DNA of 64,000 bases, from the NCBI GenBank assembly GCA_048497935.1, contig JBEHYY010000013.1, positions 12,622 to 76,621 of the forward strand, given 5' to 3'. Positions within the stretch are counted from its first letter, which is position 1, and the number at the start of each line of letters is the position of its first letter. Shown here in pieces: positions 48,719-59,558 of this stretch. Under the pieces are notes generated by a model. It saw only the letters and a program-made list of their open reading frames with translations. It had not been told where the DNA came from and searched no databases. The DNA is from Verrucomicrobiota bacterium. GTDB taxonomy: Bacteria > Verrucomicrobiota > Verrucomicrobiia > Opitutales > JABDGR01. Both the position numbers and the translations under genes were made by a program.

Positions 48719-49987
48719 ATGATCACCGCGCCGTCCATCCTTCCCGCCGACCCTCTGGCTGAACTTGATCCGGAGATTTTCTCCGCCATCGAAAAAGAAC
48801 GCGCGCGCCAGCAATCCCACATCGAGTTGATTGCCTCGGAAAACTTCACCCTGCCAGCCGTGCTGGAAGCCGCGGGCAGCGTGCTCACCAATAAATACGC
48901 CGAGGGCTACCCCGGCAAACGCTGGTACGGCGGCTGCCAATATGTGGACATCGTGGAGCAGCTGGCCATCGACCGGGCCAAGGCGCTCTTTGGCGCCGAG
49001 CACGCCAATGTGCAACCCCACTCCGGCAGCCAGGCTAATTTTGCCGTCTATTCCTCCGTCCTCGAACCGGGTGACAAGCTGCTGACCATGAACCTCAGCG
49101 ACGGCGGCCACCTGACGCACGGCAATGCCGCCAATTTCTCGGGCAAGCTCTATAAAATCGCCCACTATGGCGTTTCACCCGAAACCGGCCGCATCGACTA
49201 TGATGACCTCGCCCGCCAAGCCGAACGGGAAAAACCCAAGATGATCACAGTGGGCGCCTCCGCCTATCCCCGCATCATTGATTTTGCGAAAATGGGCGAG
49301 ATCGCCAAAAGCGTAGGCGCGCTCATGCTCGCCGACATCGCGCATATCGCGGGCCTCGTTGCCACGGGCGAGCATCCCAACCCGTTCCCCCATGCCGACT
49401 TTGTGACTACCACCACGCATAAGACCCTCCGGGGCCCGCGCGGTGGCCTGATTCTCTGCAAAGAAGCGTTTGCCAAAAAAATTGACTCCGCCGTGTTCCC
49501 TGGCAGCCAGGGTGGCCCCTTGATGCACATCATCGCCGCCAAAGCCATCTGCTTCCGCGAGGCGGCCAAACCCGAGTTCAAGGAGTACAGCAAACAGATT
49601 CGCAAAAACGCCGTGGCCATGGCCGACGCATTTGTGAAGAAGGGCTATAAACTTTCCTCGGGCGGAACCGATAATCACCTGATGCTGCTCGACCTCCGCC
49701 ACAGCCACCCGGAACTGACCGGCAAAGTGGCCCAGCAGGCGCTGGATGAGGCAAACATCACCACCAACAAGAACACCATCCCCGGCGAGACCCGCAGCCC
49801 CTTCCAAGCCAGTGGCGTGCGCCTTGGCACCCCTGCCGTTACGAGTCGTGGCATGAAAGAGCCGGAAATGGTGCGCATCGCCGAAGCCATTGACACCGTC
49901 CTCGGCGGCCCCGCCGACCCGGCCCGCATTGCCAAGGCCAAAGCTGTTGCGCTGGAACTCTGCGGTCGCTTCCCCCTCCCTTACTAA
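48719..49987 (+). CDS. glyA: Serine hydroxymethyltransferase
   Basis: LIASENF...[14 protein letters not shown]...[13 protein letters not shown] is the PLP-lysine motif region. Confidence 0.9.
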   Translation: MITAPSILPADPLAELDPEIFSAIEKERARQQSHIELIASENFTLPAVLEAAGSVLTNKYAEGYPGKRWYGGCQYVDIVEQLAIDRAKALFGAEHANVQPHSGSQANFAVYSSVLEPGDKLLTMNLSDGGHLTHGNAANFSGKLYKIAHYGVSPETGRIDYDDLARQAEREKPKMITVGASAYPRIIDFAKMGEIAKSVGALMLADIAHIAGLVATGEHPNPFPHADFVTTTTHKTLRGPRGGLILCKEAFAKKIDSAVFPGSQGGPLMHIIAAKAICFREAAKPEFKEYSKQIRKNAVAMADAFVKKGYKLSSGGTDNHLMLLDLRHSHPELTGKVAQQALDEANITTNKNTIPGETRSPFQASGVRLGTPAVTSRGMKEPEMVRIAEAIDTVLGGPADPARIAKAKAVALELCGRFPLPY

Positions 49988-50152
49988 CGGCGTAAAATTA
50001 GCATTTTCCACGCTTGGGCCCGACCACGGGTTGCCGGCTTGAAATGCCTCCTATTTCCGTGTAAAAATTCTCTTTCATTTCCAATTTTTAAGGTATAGGG
50101 TATTTATAACCATAGCTCAAACCCGTCCCCCCGGACATAGCTCACCTTCCCC

Positions 50153-50908
50153 ATGACCTCCCGCAAACATAACTCCAAGAAGGGTTTTACCCTCATTGAA
50201 CTCCTGACGGTGATCTCGATCATCGGCATTCTGGCCGCGATTTTGATCCCGACCATCGCCGGCGCGCTCACCACGGCCAAACGCATGGCCGCCTCCGCCA
50301 ATGCGCGCTCAATCGCGAGTTCGTACCAAGCCTACACCACCAGCGGCAGCAATTCCCGCATCATCGCGACGCCGGAAATGAACAGCAGCGGCAACGCCAA
50401 CAACGGCGTGGCCAAGGATGTCAATGACGTCGCCTTCATTTTGGCCAAGAACAACGGTCTTAACGACGCCGCCCTCTGGTTCGTCAAAGGCGACATCAAG
50501 CTGACCGGCACCGTCCTCCCCAAGTCCGTTATTGATGCCGACATGGGCACGGCCACCGCCCCCGGCAAGCCCTTCGTGGATGCCAAGCCCAAGAGCTACG
50601 CTTTCGTCACCGGTCTGCCGAGCGGTTCCCCCCCGACCACGACGCCCCTCCTCTGGACCTATGGTCTTCAGCATGACGGCACCTGGGTCGTCGCCTCTCC
50701 CTGGGATGGCAAAGGCGGCCACATCGCCTATCTCGACGGCCACGTTGAGTGGATCGACATCAAGCTTTCGACCGACTCGGGCGGCAGCAGCCTCGTGAGC
50801 TACCCGAACAACCCCAAGGGCGCCAACAAGCCCACCGTTGACTACGCCGACGCCATCAACCAGCAGGGCAAGGCCTCCAAGGTCGTCAACGCCGAAGGCA
50901 CGGAGTAA
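50153..50908 (+). CDS. Prepilin-type N-terminal methylation-domain protein with a C-terminal H-X9-DG (DUF1559-like) domain
   Basis: KKGFTLIELLTVISIIGILAAI class-III signal, and C-terminal HIAYLDGHVEW. Confidence 0.75.
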   Translation: MTSRKHNSKKGFTLIELLTVISIIGILAAILIPTIAGALTTAKRMAASANARSIASSYQAYTTSGSNSRIIATPEMNSSGNANNGVAKDVNDVAFILAKNNGLNDAALWFVKGDIKLTGTVLPKSVIDADMGTATAPGKPFVDAKPKSYAFVTGLPSGSPPTTTPLLWTYGLQHDGTWVVASPWDGKGGHIAYLDGHVEWIDIKLSTDSGGSSLVSYPNNPKGANKPTVDYADAINQQGKASKVVNAEGTE

Positions 50909-50929
50909 CCCTCCCCGTTTTCGAACAAA

Positions 50930-50961
50930 AAACCCGGCTGTATTTCAGCCGGTTTTTTTTG
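50930..50961. terminator. Bidirectional intrinsic terminator AAAAAACCCGGCTG-TATTTC-AGCCGGTTTTTTTT
   Basis: A-tract, then 8-bp GC stem, then T-tract; lies between the convergent pilin-like gene and glgA. Confidence 0.8.
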
Positions 50962-50983
50962 CGCCCATTCGCCAACACCGCAG

Positions 50984-52441
50984 TCAGGCCTGGACCTGTT
51001 CGCGGTAGAGTTGGATGAAGGCTGGAACGTGCTTTTTCCAACTGCAATCCACCGCCAAGGCCCGATTGCGGATGGCCGTGCACTTTTCCGCTTCATCATG
51101 CAAGGCCTGCGCCCGCGCCAGCCCGTGCCTCCAGCCTTCCATCGAGGGTTCGAAAAGAATGCCATTACCCGAGTCAGGGTGCTCGCCAGCGTCAATAATG
51201 ACATCCTGCGGGCCGCCCGTGCGGGGCATGACGGGGATTGCCCCATAAAGCAATGCCTGTTGCGCATGATGCGGGCTAGGCTCAGTCCGGACTGTGCCCA
51301 GACAGAAATCCGCCCCACCCAGCGCCCGGTGCAGCACCCCGTGGTCATAGCGCTCCAACAGCACATTTTTGCCGGGCCGGGCGCCAACCAAAGCGCGCCA
51401 GGGCTCCATCTCCTTGGGCATCGAATGGCCCAGTAAAACCAGCATGGTGTCTTCCCGCAGGAACGGCAGCAGTTCGCGCGGGTCGCCCAGGCCCAAGGCG
51501 CCCACCAAAGGCAATTGGGCCACAATCAAAGCGCCATCACGGGTGGTGGAATCCAAGCCGAGGCTCTTGCACAGCGCCGCCCGGCAAAGCGCCTTGCCAG
51601 CGGGGGCGCCGGCGCGGAAGCCCGCCGGGAGAAAATGATCCGCCGCCGGATTCCATTCGGCGCCATCCAGGCCGGTGAGCAACCCGCGCATATCCTCCTG
51701 GCGGTTCGCGTATACGCCCTCGAGGCCAAACCCATAGGCGCTCGGAAACTCGCGCGCCGCGGTGGGGCTGGGCGCCAGCAAAATGTCTGAATACACCAAG
51801 CCACCTTTGAGAAAATTAATCTGGTCGAAAAACTCCAGCGCATCCGGAGCAAAGAACTCCTCGGGCAGGTTGGTCAGGCCAAACGTGCGTCGGGGGTATA
51901 CGCCCTGAAAGACCGGGTTGTGCACCGTGAAAAAGGTGCGGCCCACGTTGCTGATGCCGCGTTTGCGTTCCTCCACCCGCAGCAGGAGCGGCAGTAGCGC
52001 CGTGGGCCAGTCATGGCAATGCAGCGCCTCCACCGGGTTGTCAAAACGGCAGAGGGCATCCGCCACCGCTTTGCAGAAGATGACAAAACGGGCATCACTA
52101 TCCTCGTATTCGCCTCCGGGCGGGCCATAGGGGAAGCTGCGATCGAAGGACTCATCTCGCCGGACAAAATAGAGCGTCAAGTTTTTGGCCACTGGCAGGC
52201 GGAGCGTTTCGGCGGAAACCAGGGTGTCGCCCAGTTCGAGGGCATGCTGGTATGCCGGCTCCGCCATCGCCGCCCGCGGGTCGCCCAGCACTTGACGGTA
52301 GCCTGGCAAAAAGACGGAGACTTCATGTCCTTCCCGCGCCAGCTCCGCGCACAGCCCGCCCACGGCGTCAGCCAGATGGCCGACCCGCACCCAAGGCGAA
52401 AACTCGCTGGCGACATGGACGATTCTCATGGAAAGGGCCAA
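50984..52441 (-). CDS. glgA: Glycogen synthase (ADP-glucose type, GT5)
   Basis: MRIVHVASEFSPWVRVGHLADAVGGL ... HCHDWPTALLP; alternative start at the second Met (52429). Confidence 0.85.
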   Translation of the reverse strand: MALSMRIVHVASEFSPWVRVGHLADAVGGLCAELAREGHEVSVFLPGYRQVLGDPRAAMAEPAYQHALELGDTLVSAETLRLPVAKNLTLYFVRRDESFDRSFPYGPPGGEYEDSDARFVIFCKAVADALCRFDNPVEALHCHDWPTALLPLLLRVEERKRGISNVGRTFFTVHNPVFQGVYPRRTFGLTNLPEEFFAPDALEFFDQINFLKGGLVYSDILLAPSPTAAREFPSAYGFGLEGVYANRQEDMRGLLTGLDGAEWNPAADHFLPAGFRAGAPAGKALCRAALCKSLGLDSTTRDGALIVAQLPLVGALGLGDPRELLPFLREDTMLVLLGHSMPKEMEPWRALVGARPGKNVLLERYDHGVLHRALGGADFCLGTVRTEPSPHHAQQALLYGAIPVMPRTGGPQDVIIDAGEHPDSGNGILFEPSMEGWRHGLARAQALHDEAEKCTAIRNRALAVDCSWKKHVPAFIQLYREQVQA

Positions 52442-52503
52442 GCTACCTTATTGCTCGCCGTACGGCAAACCTGGAATCATCCGGAGGGGTTCCGTATTTC
52501 CTG

Positions 52504-52827
52504 CTAGCTCTCGCCATTTTCCCGCGGTTTTTCCCGCTCACAATTCCAACAGGTGTCAAAGCCGGCCGGCACCGTGGACCGGCAATGCGGGCACACCCAT
52601 TCCGCCGCTCGCGGCCCAGGGTTTTTTTGGTAATCGTCCAGGATGACCACCGCCCGGTCATAGTCGGCGTCGTTGAGAACGCACAGCGTGGGATAAAACA
52701 CCGGAATGGGCACCGACGTGGGTCCGAAATTTTCATTTCGCACAAAACAGGCGATTCCCGCCTCATCAAGCAGGGACTTGTACAGTCCCACCCGGGCACT
52801 GTCACTATCAGTGAAGATGTCTTTCAT
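52504..52827 (-). CDS. DUF2007-like protein with a C-terminal zinc ribbon
   Basis: ARVGLYKSLLDEAGIACFVRNE matches the DUF2007 pattern; C-terminal CPHC...CWNC. Confidence 0.5.
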   Translation of the reverse strand: MKDIFTDSDSARVGLYKSLLDEAGIACFVRNENFGPTSVPIPVFYPTLCVLNDADYDRAVVILDDYQKNPGPRAAEWVCPHCRSTVPAGFDTCWNCEREKPRENGES

Positions 52828-52861
52828 GGCGTGGGCGATGCTCCACCCTAGCACAAATCCT

Positions 52862-53776
52862 TTACTTGAGCAAACGCTCGACTGCTTCCAGATACCGCTT
52901 CTGCGTCTGCAAGATGATTTCCTTCGGCAAATGCGGGCCCGGCGGGGTTTTGTTCCAGTTCAAAGTCTCGAGATGGTCACGGACGTATTGCTTGTCAAAG
53001 GCCATCTGGGGGCGCCCGGGCTGGTACTCCTTTGCCGGCCAATAGCGCGAGGAATCAGGCGTCAGCACCTCATCAATCAGGTACAGCTTGCCCTCGGCAT
53101 CGGTGCCAAACTCAAATTTCGTGTCCGCCAGGATGATTCCCGCGCGGGCGGACTCCCGCGTGCCGAGTTCAAAGATTTTGAGGCTCAAATCGCGCACTTC
53201 GACATACCGTTGCGCACCCAGCAACGCGGCGCATTGCGTCGCCGTCAACGGCTCGTCGTGCCCGGCGTTGGCCTTGCTGGTGGGGGTGAATACCGGCTGG
53301 GGCAATTTGTCGCTCTCGCCCAGCCCGGGCGGGAGGACGTGGTCAAAGAGCCGCCCCGTTTGCTTGTAAACCTTGAGGCCGCTGCCCGCCAGATAGCCGC
53401 GCACCACCGCCTCAACTGGCAGCGGACGCAGTTTGCGCACCAACATGGATCGCCCCAGCAGTTGCGGAAAGTCCTTCAGCCGCCGGGCCACCTCGGCGTC
53501 GTGGTTGGGCAGCAAATGATTCGGTGTTAACTTCGCCACATGGGCAAACCACCACAGGCTCAATTGCGTCAGAATGATGCCCTTGCCAGGGATACCATCG
53601 GGCAGAATCACATCAAAAGCCGACAGGCGGTCCGTGGCGACAATGAGCAGGGCATCCCCCAGGTCAAACAGCTCGCGGACCTTGCCCGAACCAATTTTGG
53701 GCCAGGGCAGGCCATCGACGCGCGTCAGCGCAGTTTCCGGCAGGCCGGCGTTGATTTGGGCGTAGCTCCAAGGCAT
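52862..53776 (-). CDS. purC: Phosphoribosylaminoimidazole-succinocarboxamide synthase (long form)
   Basis: SGKVRELFDLGD..LLIVATDRLSAFD motif. Confidence 0.85.
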   Translation of the reverse strand: MPWSYAQINAGLPETALTRVDGLPWPKIGSGKVRELFDLGDALLIVATDRLSAFDVILPDGIPGKGIILTQLSLWWFAHVAKLTPNHLLPNHDAEVARRLKDFPQLLGRSMLVRKLRPLPVEAVVRGYLAGSGLKVYKQTGRLFDHVLPPGLGESDKLPQPVFTPTSKANAGHDEPLTATQCAALLGAQRYVEVRDLSLKIFELGTRESARAGIILADTKFEFGTDAEGKLYLIDEVLTPDSSRYWPAKEYQPGRPQMAFDKQYVRDHLETLNWNKTPPGPHLPKEIILQTQKRYLEAVERLLK

Positions 53777-53908
53777 ACGGGGAAGCCTTGCGCATCAGCA
53801 TGAATTTGTCTATATTAACCTGTTCCGGGCCTCCGCCCGGGGTTCTTTGAGATGTCTGGCGGGACCAGATTCCCGCCGGCATGTCAGCCAGTTGACTTTT
53901 CCCCTTTC

Positions 53909-54251
53909 GGGGGTGTTCCGGATTCGACCTTGGGACAACGGTCTTGGCTGCAGGCCAGAGATGGTGGTTGGCTCTGTCAAAACTCCACCAATGTATTAGT
54001 TGCCAACAACGAATACGCCCTCGCTGCTTAAATTGCAGTGACGCGCTTCCTGGAAACCTGCTAAGGGAAAGCGCGCAATAGCAGGCATAGCCGCGCTGGC
54101 GTCACCAGCGGCGCGGTCGTAATTTACTGGAGGCTCGGGTGAAGGGCAGCCTGCTTGGGGCGGCCGGATCCTTAAACCAAAACACCAGCTACGCCTGTAG
54201 ACGCCATTGCTGAAAGCCCAGGGGACGCGGGTTCAACTCCCGCCACCTCCA
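53909..54251 (+). ncRNA. ssrA: Transfer-messenger RNA (ssrA); tag peptide (A)ANNEYALAA* encoded at 54002..54031
   Basis: 5' GGGGGUGUUCCGGAUUCGAC pairs with 3' ...GCGGGUUCAACUCCCGCCACCUCCA (tRNA-Ala-like acceptor and T-arm). Internal ORF gcc aac aac gaa tac gcc ctc gct gct taa. T-run after the 3' end. Confidence 0.9.
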
Positions 54252-54305
54252 TTTTTTATATCACCTTAATATCCTGCCCGGCTGAAAGAGCCACCGGCGC
54301 AGACA

Positions 54306-54340
54306 TAAAAACCGGGACGCATTTCAACGTCCCGGTTTTT
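54306..54340. terminator. Bidirectional intrinsic terminator AAAAACCGGGACG-CATTTCAA-CGTCCCGGTTTTT
   Basis: Seen in sequence between ssrA and the convergent flotillin gene. Confidence 0.75.
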
Positions 54341-54375
54341 ATAAGGAAGAAATAAGTCAGATATGAATCTACCGC

Positions 54376-56238
54376 TTACTTCTTCTCCGGTGCCTTAACC
54401 AAGCTACCCTTGTCCAGCTGGTCGCGGATGATGCTGGCGAGGAGCACCTCGACCAGCGAGCCATTGCCCGTCAGGCCGCTGCCGCCACCACCACCCGTGG
54501 CCACGATGTCGGGCACGAGCTTGGTGCCGCTGCTGGCCAGCGCCTTGGCAATCTCGATGCCGGCATAGTTGCCGGACTGCATGGAATCGATTTTCAATTT
54601 GATGACGTCGGCCTCGGAGGTACCGACCATCTTCGTCTTGGCGGCCTCAGCGGAACCGACCATTTGCAGCACCTTGGCATCGGCGTCGGCATTCGTGGTC
54701 TTGGCCTTGGCATCGCCCTCGGCATTGATGATGCGCGAGCGGGCCGCGCCTTCCGCCTGCTTGACGGAAGACTGCGCGTCGAAGTCCGCGATTTGCACCC
54801 GGCGTTCGGCGTCCACCACCTTGGCCTGGGTGTCGGCCAGCGCGCGCGCCTGCTGGAGCTCCTTGCGCGTCTGCTCCGCCAGGCGTTGTGTTTCGTAGGT
54901 GACCTTTTCCTGCTCGGCAATCTTGCGGTCGGTCAAGGGCTTCATCAGCTCGTCGGGCGGCGTGATGTCGCCGATGAGGGTGTCCACCGCGCCGACATTG
55001 TATTCCTCCAACGCCGCGGAAATACGGGCCTTGGCGTCCGCCTGGCGTTCCGCGCGCATCCGCAGAAAGTCGATGACGTCGGATCCCTGGGCCGCGTTGC
55101 GGAAGTAGTTGCCGATGGTCGGCTCCAGCACCTGCGTGACGAGGTTGAGCATGCTGCCCATGCGGGCGATGACGCGCGGGGCATCCACCCGCGGGATGTG
55201 GATGATCTGGCTCACATCGAGGTTGAACTTAAAACCGTCCGACGAGCGCACCGTGATGGTCGATAGATTGGCATCAAGCTTGTGCGCCTCGGATTTGCCC
55301 GTGGCCCAGTTGAGCACCACATTCGCCGTGGGCACATTCTCAACCTTGTGCGTGTAGGGGTTGATGGGATATTTGCCCGGATCCAGCGGCTCAACCCATA
55401 CGCCTTTCTGGCCTTTTTTGACGAGGTTGCCGTGCTTGAAGGAGTCGCCGGTGACGTCCACCCCCGGCTCGCCCACATAAGCGATAACCACGCCGGCATA
55501 GGCGATGGGCACTTCCGTCATGTTGCGGATTTCCACCGTGGCAAAGAGCGGATTGAGGAAGTAGCGTCCCGCGAGCATGACTTGCTCCTGGAGGCCTTTG
55601 AAACCACCGTTGTCCACAAACGTCTGGCCGTCCTGGAAGGAATTATGGTTGGGGATTTCTCGGCCTGCGATTTCCCCGGTGCGCAGCGGCGCGCCTTCCT
55701 TGGTGGTCACGATGCCGACCATGTTGTCCGGAATTTCCAGCGCCTTTTCCGCGGTTACAGCAAATAGGGCCGTATTGATGCGGTAGGTACCGGGCGGGAT
55801 GATGGCCATTTGCGGGCCACGCTCGCCGCCATTGGTCAGAAAGGAGCGGGCGCTTTGGAAAGAGTCGCATTCCACGCGGCGGGCCAGCACGCGGCCGCCG
55901 GCCAACGCTTTGCCGTCGCGCGCCTCGACCACTCCGATTTCGCCCTCCTCGATGCTGATGAATTGCTGGCGGCTGATTTCATACTGCCAGGGCCAGAGCA
56001 GGAAGTGCAGCCCCGGCGCCAGCGTGTCGGCCTGGAAACCGGCCTCACCCTTGAGGGCGACGATGGAGCCGTCAGGCAGCGTGCGGTTCGCGCCAAAGAC
56101 CACGAACTTCTTGTTGACGATACCGATGCTGTCCTGCGGCACAATGACAACGCCGAAAATGCGTAGGATCCACTTGTAAGCAAAGATTACAAAGAGGATG
56201 GGCAGAATCCACCAATAGGAGAGAATCGCGCTAGGCAT
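54376..56238 (-). CDS. Flotillin-family (SPFH/band 7) membrane protein, 620 aa
   Basis: N-terminal TM anchor, SPFH domain, and a long Ala/Glu-rich coiled-coil flotillin C-terminus (AEQEK...AEAAK). Confidence 0.75.
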   Translation of the reverse strand: MPSAILSYWWILPILFVIFAYKWILRIFGVVIVPQDSIGIVNKKFVVFGANRTLPDGSIVALKGEAGFQADTLAPGLHFLLWPWQYEISRQQFISIEEGEIGVVEARDGKALAGGRVLARRVECDSFQSARSFLTNGGERGPQMAIIPPGTYRINTALFAVTAEKALEIPDNMVGIVTTKEGAPLRTGEIAGREIPNHNSFQDGQTFVDNGGFKGLQEQVMLAGRYFLNPLFATVEIRNMTEVPIAYAGVVIAYVGEPGVDVTGDSFKHGNLVKKGQKGVWVEPLDPGKYPINPYTHKVENVPTANVVLNWATGKSEAHKLDANLSTITVRSSDGFKFNLDVSQIIHIPRVDAPRVIARMGSMLNLVTQVLEPTIGNYFRNAAQGSDVIDFLRMRAERQADAKARISAALEEYNVGAVDTLIGDITPPDELMKPLTDRKIAEQEKVTYETQRLAEQTRKELQQARALADTQAKVVDAERRVQIADFDAQSSVKQAEGAARSRIINAEGDAKAKTTNADADAKVLQMVGSAEAAKTKMVGTSEADVIKLKIDSMQSGNYAGIEIAKALASSGTKLVPDIVATGGGGGSGLTGNGSLVEVLLASIIRDQLDKGSLVKAPEKK

Positions 56239-56399
56239 GATTTAAGGGGGTTGAGATTATCGGCCAGGCAGCCGGCCTTGCGCGCACTAGAAGACCACCC
56301 TCCCCGCTTGGCAAATGAAAAGCGATTATAACGGCCACCCTTGTTTATAAGGCAGCCAATGCCATTCACTTACCGCTTAATTCGCATCCACTTGTGCAC

Positions 56400-57605
56400 C
56401 TAACGGCGCCAAGAACGGCTGGCGAGAAAGGGGTCCAGTCTCGCCAGTAAAAAATAGGCGACAGCGTCCAGCCATTGCCGCCACCAGGCGTAGGACTTCC
56501 GCCAGGATTCCAACTCAATCCTCCGGCAATGGGCCAGATCTCCGTTGAAAATCTCCGTGGCTTCCTGCGCCAGGTGCTGGCTTTCCACGCGGATGAGCAA
56601 TTCGTAATTCAGGCGCAGGCTGCGCACATCGAGGTTTGCCGAACCGGCGTACGCCACGTTTTTATTGATGACGATGAGCTTGGCGTGCAGCACCTGCGGC
56701 TGGTACTCATAAACCTCCACGCCGGACTTCAATAACCGGTGGTAGAGGCTGCGCGTGGCCATCTGCATTAATTTGATATCGGACTTTCCCCCAAGAATAA
56801 GCTGCACGCGGGCACCCCGCTTGGGGGCGCGGCGCAGGGCCCGGAATACCCGGCCCGTCGGCAGAAAATAGGCGCAAATAATGCGGATAGTATCCGCCTT
56901 TTTGAAATCGCACACCAGTGAACGCACCATGGGGTTGCGCCGCCATCCCGGAGCCGCCAGCAGCAAAGTGGCGGCGTCCGCCTCGAGGCTGTGCTGGCGG
57001 ACGGCATGGCGCATCCAGGCAAAAGGCGGATGTCGGAAGTCGGCCAGCGCAAACATCTCATCGAACGAGCATCCCAGTTCTTGCGCCAGGGTGCCACGGA
57101 AACAAAGGCCCAAGTCGCGCCAGCCGGTGTGGACGCCGTCGCCCGCATACTCCGGGCCAATGTTCAAGCCACCGATAAACGCCACCTGGTCATCGCACAC
57201 CATGAGCTTGCGATGGTCGCGCAGCCCGGAACGGCCTTCCCCTGGAAGATTAAAATGCCTGAATTCCGCCCCGGCCTTCAAAAGCGGTTGCCAGAAAACC
57301 GCCGTCAGGAACATGGAGCCAAAGGCATCTGCCAATACCTGGACGCGCACACCGCGCTCACAAGCAGTCAAGAGTGCGTCCCGAAATGCCTCCCCGTGTT
57401 CGCCGGGTTGGATGATATACATCTCCAGCCGGACACTTTCCTTCGCCGCGGCAATGGCCTTCAACATTTCCGTCAAAGCCTGCGCGCCTGTCTTGAGCCA
57501 GCGAAAGCCGTCCGCCGTCAGCGAGGCATCCGAACGGACCGGCGCCTTCCATCTTTTTCCCTTCCGATGGAGATGCGGAAAACTCATGGGTAGGATCACC
57601 GCCAA
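56400..57605 (-). CDS. Phospholipase D-family protein (cardiolipin synthase-like, two HKD motifs)
   Basis: HRKLMVCDD and HAKLIVINKNVAYAGSANLD are HxKxxxxD motifs. Confidence 0.75.
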   Translation of the reverse strand: MAVILPMSFPHLHRKGKRWKAPVRSDASLTADGFRWLKTGAQALTEMLKAIAAAKESVRLEMYIIQPGEHGEAFRDALLTACERGVRVQVLADAFGSMFLTAVFWQPLLKAGAEFRHFNLPGEGRSGLRDHRKLMVCDDQVAFIGGLNIGPEYAGDGVHTGWRDLGLCFRGTLAQELGCSFDEMFALADFRHPPFAWMRHAVRQHSLEADAATLLLAAPGWRRNPMVRSLVCDFKKADTIRIICAYFLPTGRVFRALRRAPKRGARVQLILGGKSDIKLMQMATRSLYHRLLKSGVEVYEYQPQVLHAKLIVINKNVAYAGSANLDVRSLRLNYELLIRVESQHLAQEATEIFNGDLAHCRRIELESWRKSYAWWRQWLDAVAYFLLARLDPFLASRSWRR

Positions 57606-57614
57606 AATCCGTCA

Positions 57615-59468
57615 TCATCCAATCTGGGCCAGCGTGACAATTTCGAGGACAAACGTGGAGCCCTGCCCGGGCGCGCTTTTAGCCAGCGAGAGTGAGCCAC
57701 CCATCATCTTGGCCAGTTGAAAGGAAATCGCCAGCCCCAGACCCGTGCCGCCAAAGCGGCGGGAAATGCCGGAGTTGGCTTGCGTGTAAGGGGTAAAGAG
57801 CGCCCCGGCTTGTTCCGGCGCAATGCCGATGCCCGTGTCCGCCAGCACAAAACGCCAGCGCAAGCGCGCACTGCCATCCGTCGCTGCCTCGGGCGCGGCC
57901 GCCACTGTCAACGCCACGCTGCCGCTTTCCGTGAACTTGATGGCATTGGCCAGCAGGTTGCTCAGAATTTGCTTCAAGCGCCGCACATCCGTGATGATGA
58001 CACCCGGCAGGTCCGGATCGAGATCGACGACCAAATCCAAAGACTTAGCCTTGGCAGCCGCGGAAAAGAGTTTGCGCATATCCTCCACCAGTGGCTTCAC
58101 ATCCATGCAGTTTTGCTCCAACTCCAGGCGGCCAGCCTCAATCTTGGAAAACTCCAGGATGTCATTGATGAGCTGTAGCATCTCCTCTCCGGTATTACGC
58201 ATGAGCGTGACCATTTGCTTCTGCTCGGGGGTAAGCGCTTCATCCTGGAGCAGCTCGGACAAGCCGATGATGCCGCTCAAGGGTGTGCGCACTTCATGCG
58301 TCATGACGGCCAGATAGCGAGTCTTGGCCGCACCGGCGGCCTCGGCCGTGTCCTTGGCCAGCCTTAATTCGTTTTGCAAAATCCGTTCGCGGGCAATGCC
58401 TAGGCGCAGGTTCCGGTTTAGGCGGTACAACGGCAAAATCCATCCCAGGGCCACCAAGGCGATTATGGATACGCCAAAAAGGGTCCAGTAGAGCTTCATG
58501 TAGCTCGGCATCGGGTTGGCGTCGTATAAAAAGCCGTCGAGGTTGAAGTTTCGCGGCAACATTCCAAATTCGGCATATGTATCCACCATGTGCTGCCACC
58601 GGCCGGGGTTCATGTAGCCCACCTCCACCAGTTCCGGGTGCATCAGCTCCGCATATTGCTGCGCCTCATAAAGCAGGTATTCACGCGTGTTCCCCTGGCC
58701 GTTGTACTGCCGCAGGATGAGATCGACGATTTCCTCCTGGTGCTCCATGGCGTATTTCCAGCCCCGCAGGCTGGCCTCGCGAAAGGCGCGCACGCGTTCC
58801 GGGTGGTTCCGGACTTCAGCCTCCGTCGTGAACAGGCAATCGCCATAAAAATCGATGCCGCCGGAACGGGGCACAAAGGTGTAAAAGTCAAAGCCGCGCT
58901 GCTTCAGCTTGAAGGGCTCGTCCGCGCTGTAGGCTGACATGGCATCCACGCGACCGTAGATAAAATCCTCCATACTGAAGGTGTGCGGCATCACCGTGAG
59001 CTTGGCCGGATCCACGCCCTCATGCTTGAAGTAGGCGAAAATTTCCGCCGACTCCGAGGGAATCATCATCAGCTTTTTGTTGTAAAGCGCCTGCAGGTCT
59101 TTGGCCCCGCTGGCGGAACGCGCCAGCAGCACCAGTGGCGAGTGCTGGAAAATCGCCGCCAGCACCACCACCGGTTTGCCTTGGTTGCGAAAAATAAGCA
59201 GATCGGAATTGCCCACCCCAAAATCGGCATGGCCATCGATGACCTCCTGGGTGGGGTCCTTGCCCGGGCTGGCTTCAATCAGCGTCACGTCCAATCCGGC
59301 GGCACGGTAGTAACCCTGGTCAATGGCTGCATAGTAACCGGCAAACTGGAACTGATGCTTCCACTTCAGCTGCAAGGTGACATGGTCCAGCGGGGGTGCG
59401 TCTGCACCCCAAAGCGGTCCGGCCAGAATGAGCAGGCCGAAGGCGGTAAACATACGCCGGATGATCAT
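57615..59468 (-). CDS. Sensor histidine kinase with a periplasmic NMT1/SBP-like ligand-binding domain
   Basis: Signal/TM segment, ~300-aa periplasmic substrate-binding-like domain, a second TM segment, a HisKA box (MTHEVRTPLSGI), and HATPase_c motifs (NLLANAIKFT, DTGIGI, GGTGLGL). Confidence 0.8.
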   Translation of the reverse strand: MIIRRMFTAFGLLILAGPLWGADAPPLDHVTLQLKWKHQFQFAGYYAAIDQGYYRAAGLDVTLIEASPGKDPTQEVIDGHADFGVGNSDLLIFRNQGKPVVVLAAIFQHSPLVLLARSASGAKDLQALYNKKLMMIPSESAEIFAYFKHEGVDPAKLTVMPHTFSMEDFIYGRVDAMSAYSADEPFKLKQRGFDFYTFVPRSGGIDFYGDCLFTTEAEVRNHPERVRAFREASLRGWKYAMEHQEEIVDLILRQYNGQGNTREYLLYEAQQYAELMHPELVEVGYMNPGRWQHMVDTYAEFGMLPRNFNLDGFLYDANPMPSYMKLYWTLFGVSIIALVALGWILPLYRLNRNLRLGIARERILQNELRLAKDTAEAAGAAKTRYLAVMTHEVRTPLSGIIGLSELLQDEALTPEQKQMVTLMRNTGEEMLQLINDILEFSKIEAGRLELEQNCMDVKPLVEDMRKLFSAAAKAKSLDLVVDLDPDLPGVIITDVRRLKQILSNLLANAIKFTESGSVALTVAAAPEAATDGSARLRWRFVLADTGIGIAPEQAGALFTPYTQANSGISRRFGGTGLGLAISFQLAKMMGGSLSLAKSAPGQGSTFVLEIVTLAQIG

Positions 59469-59558
59469 GAGAAGACGGGCCGGGAAGGAATCCCATGCAA
59501 GAAATCCTCGACAGGCCGAGCCGACCTTACAAATGGGCAGGCAATTGGGCAAATGAAA

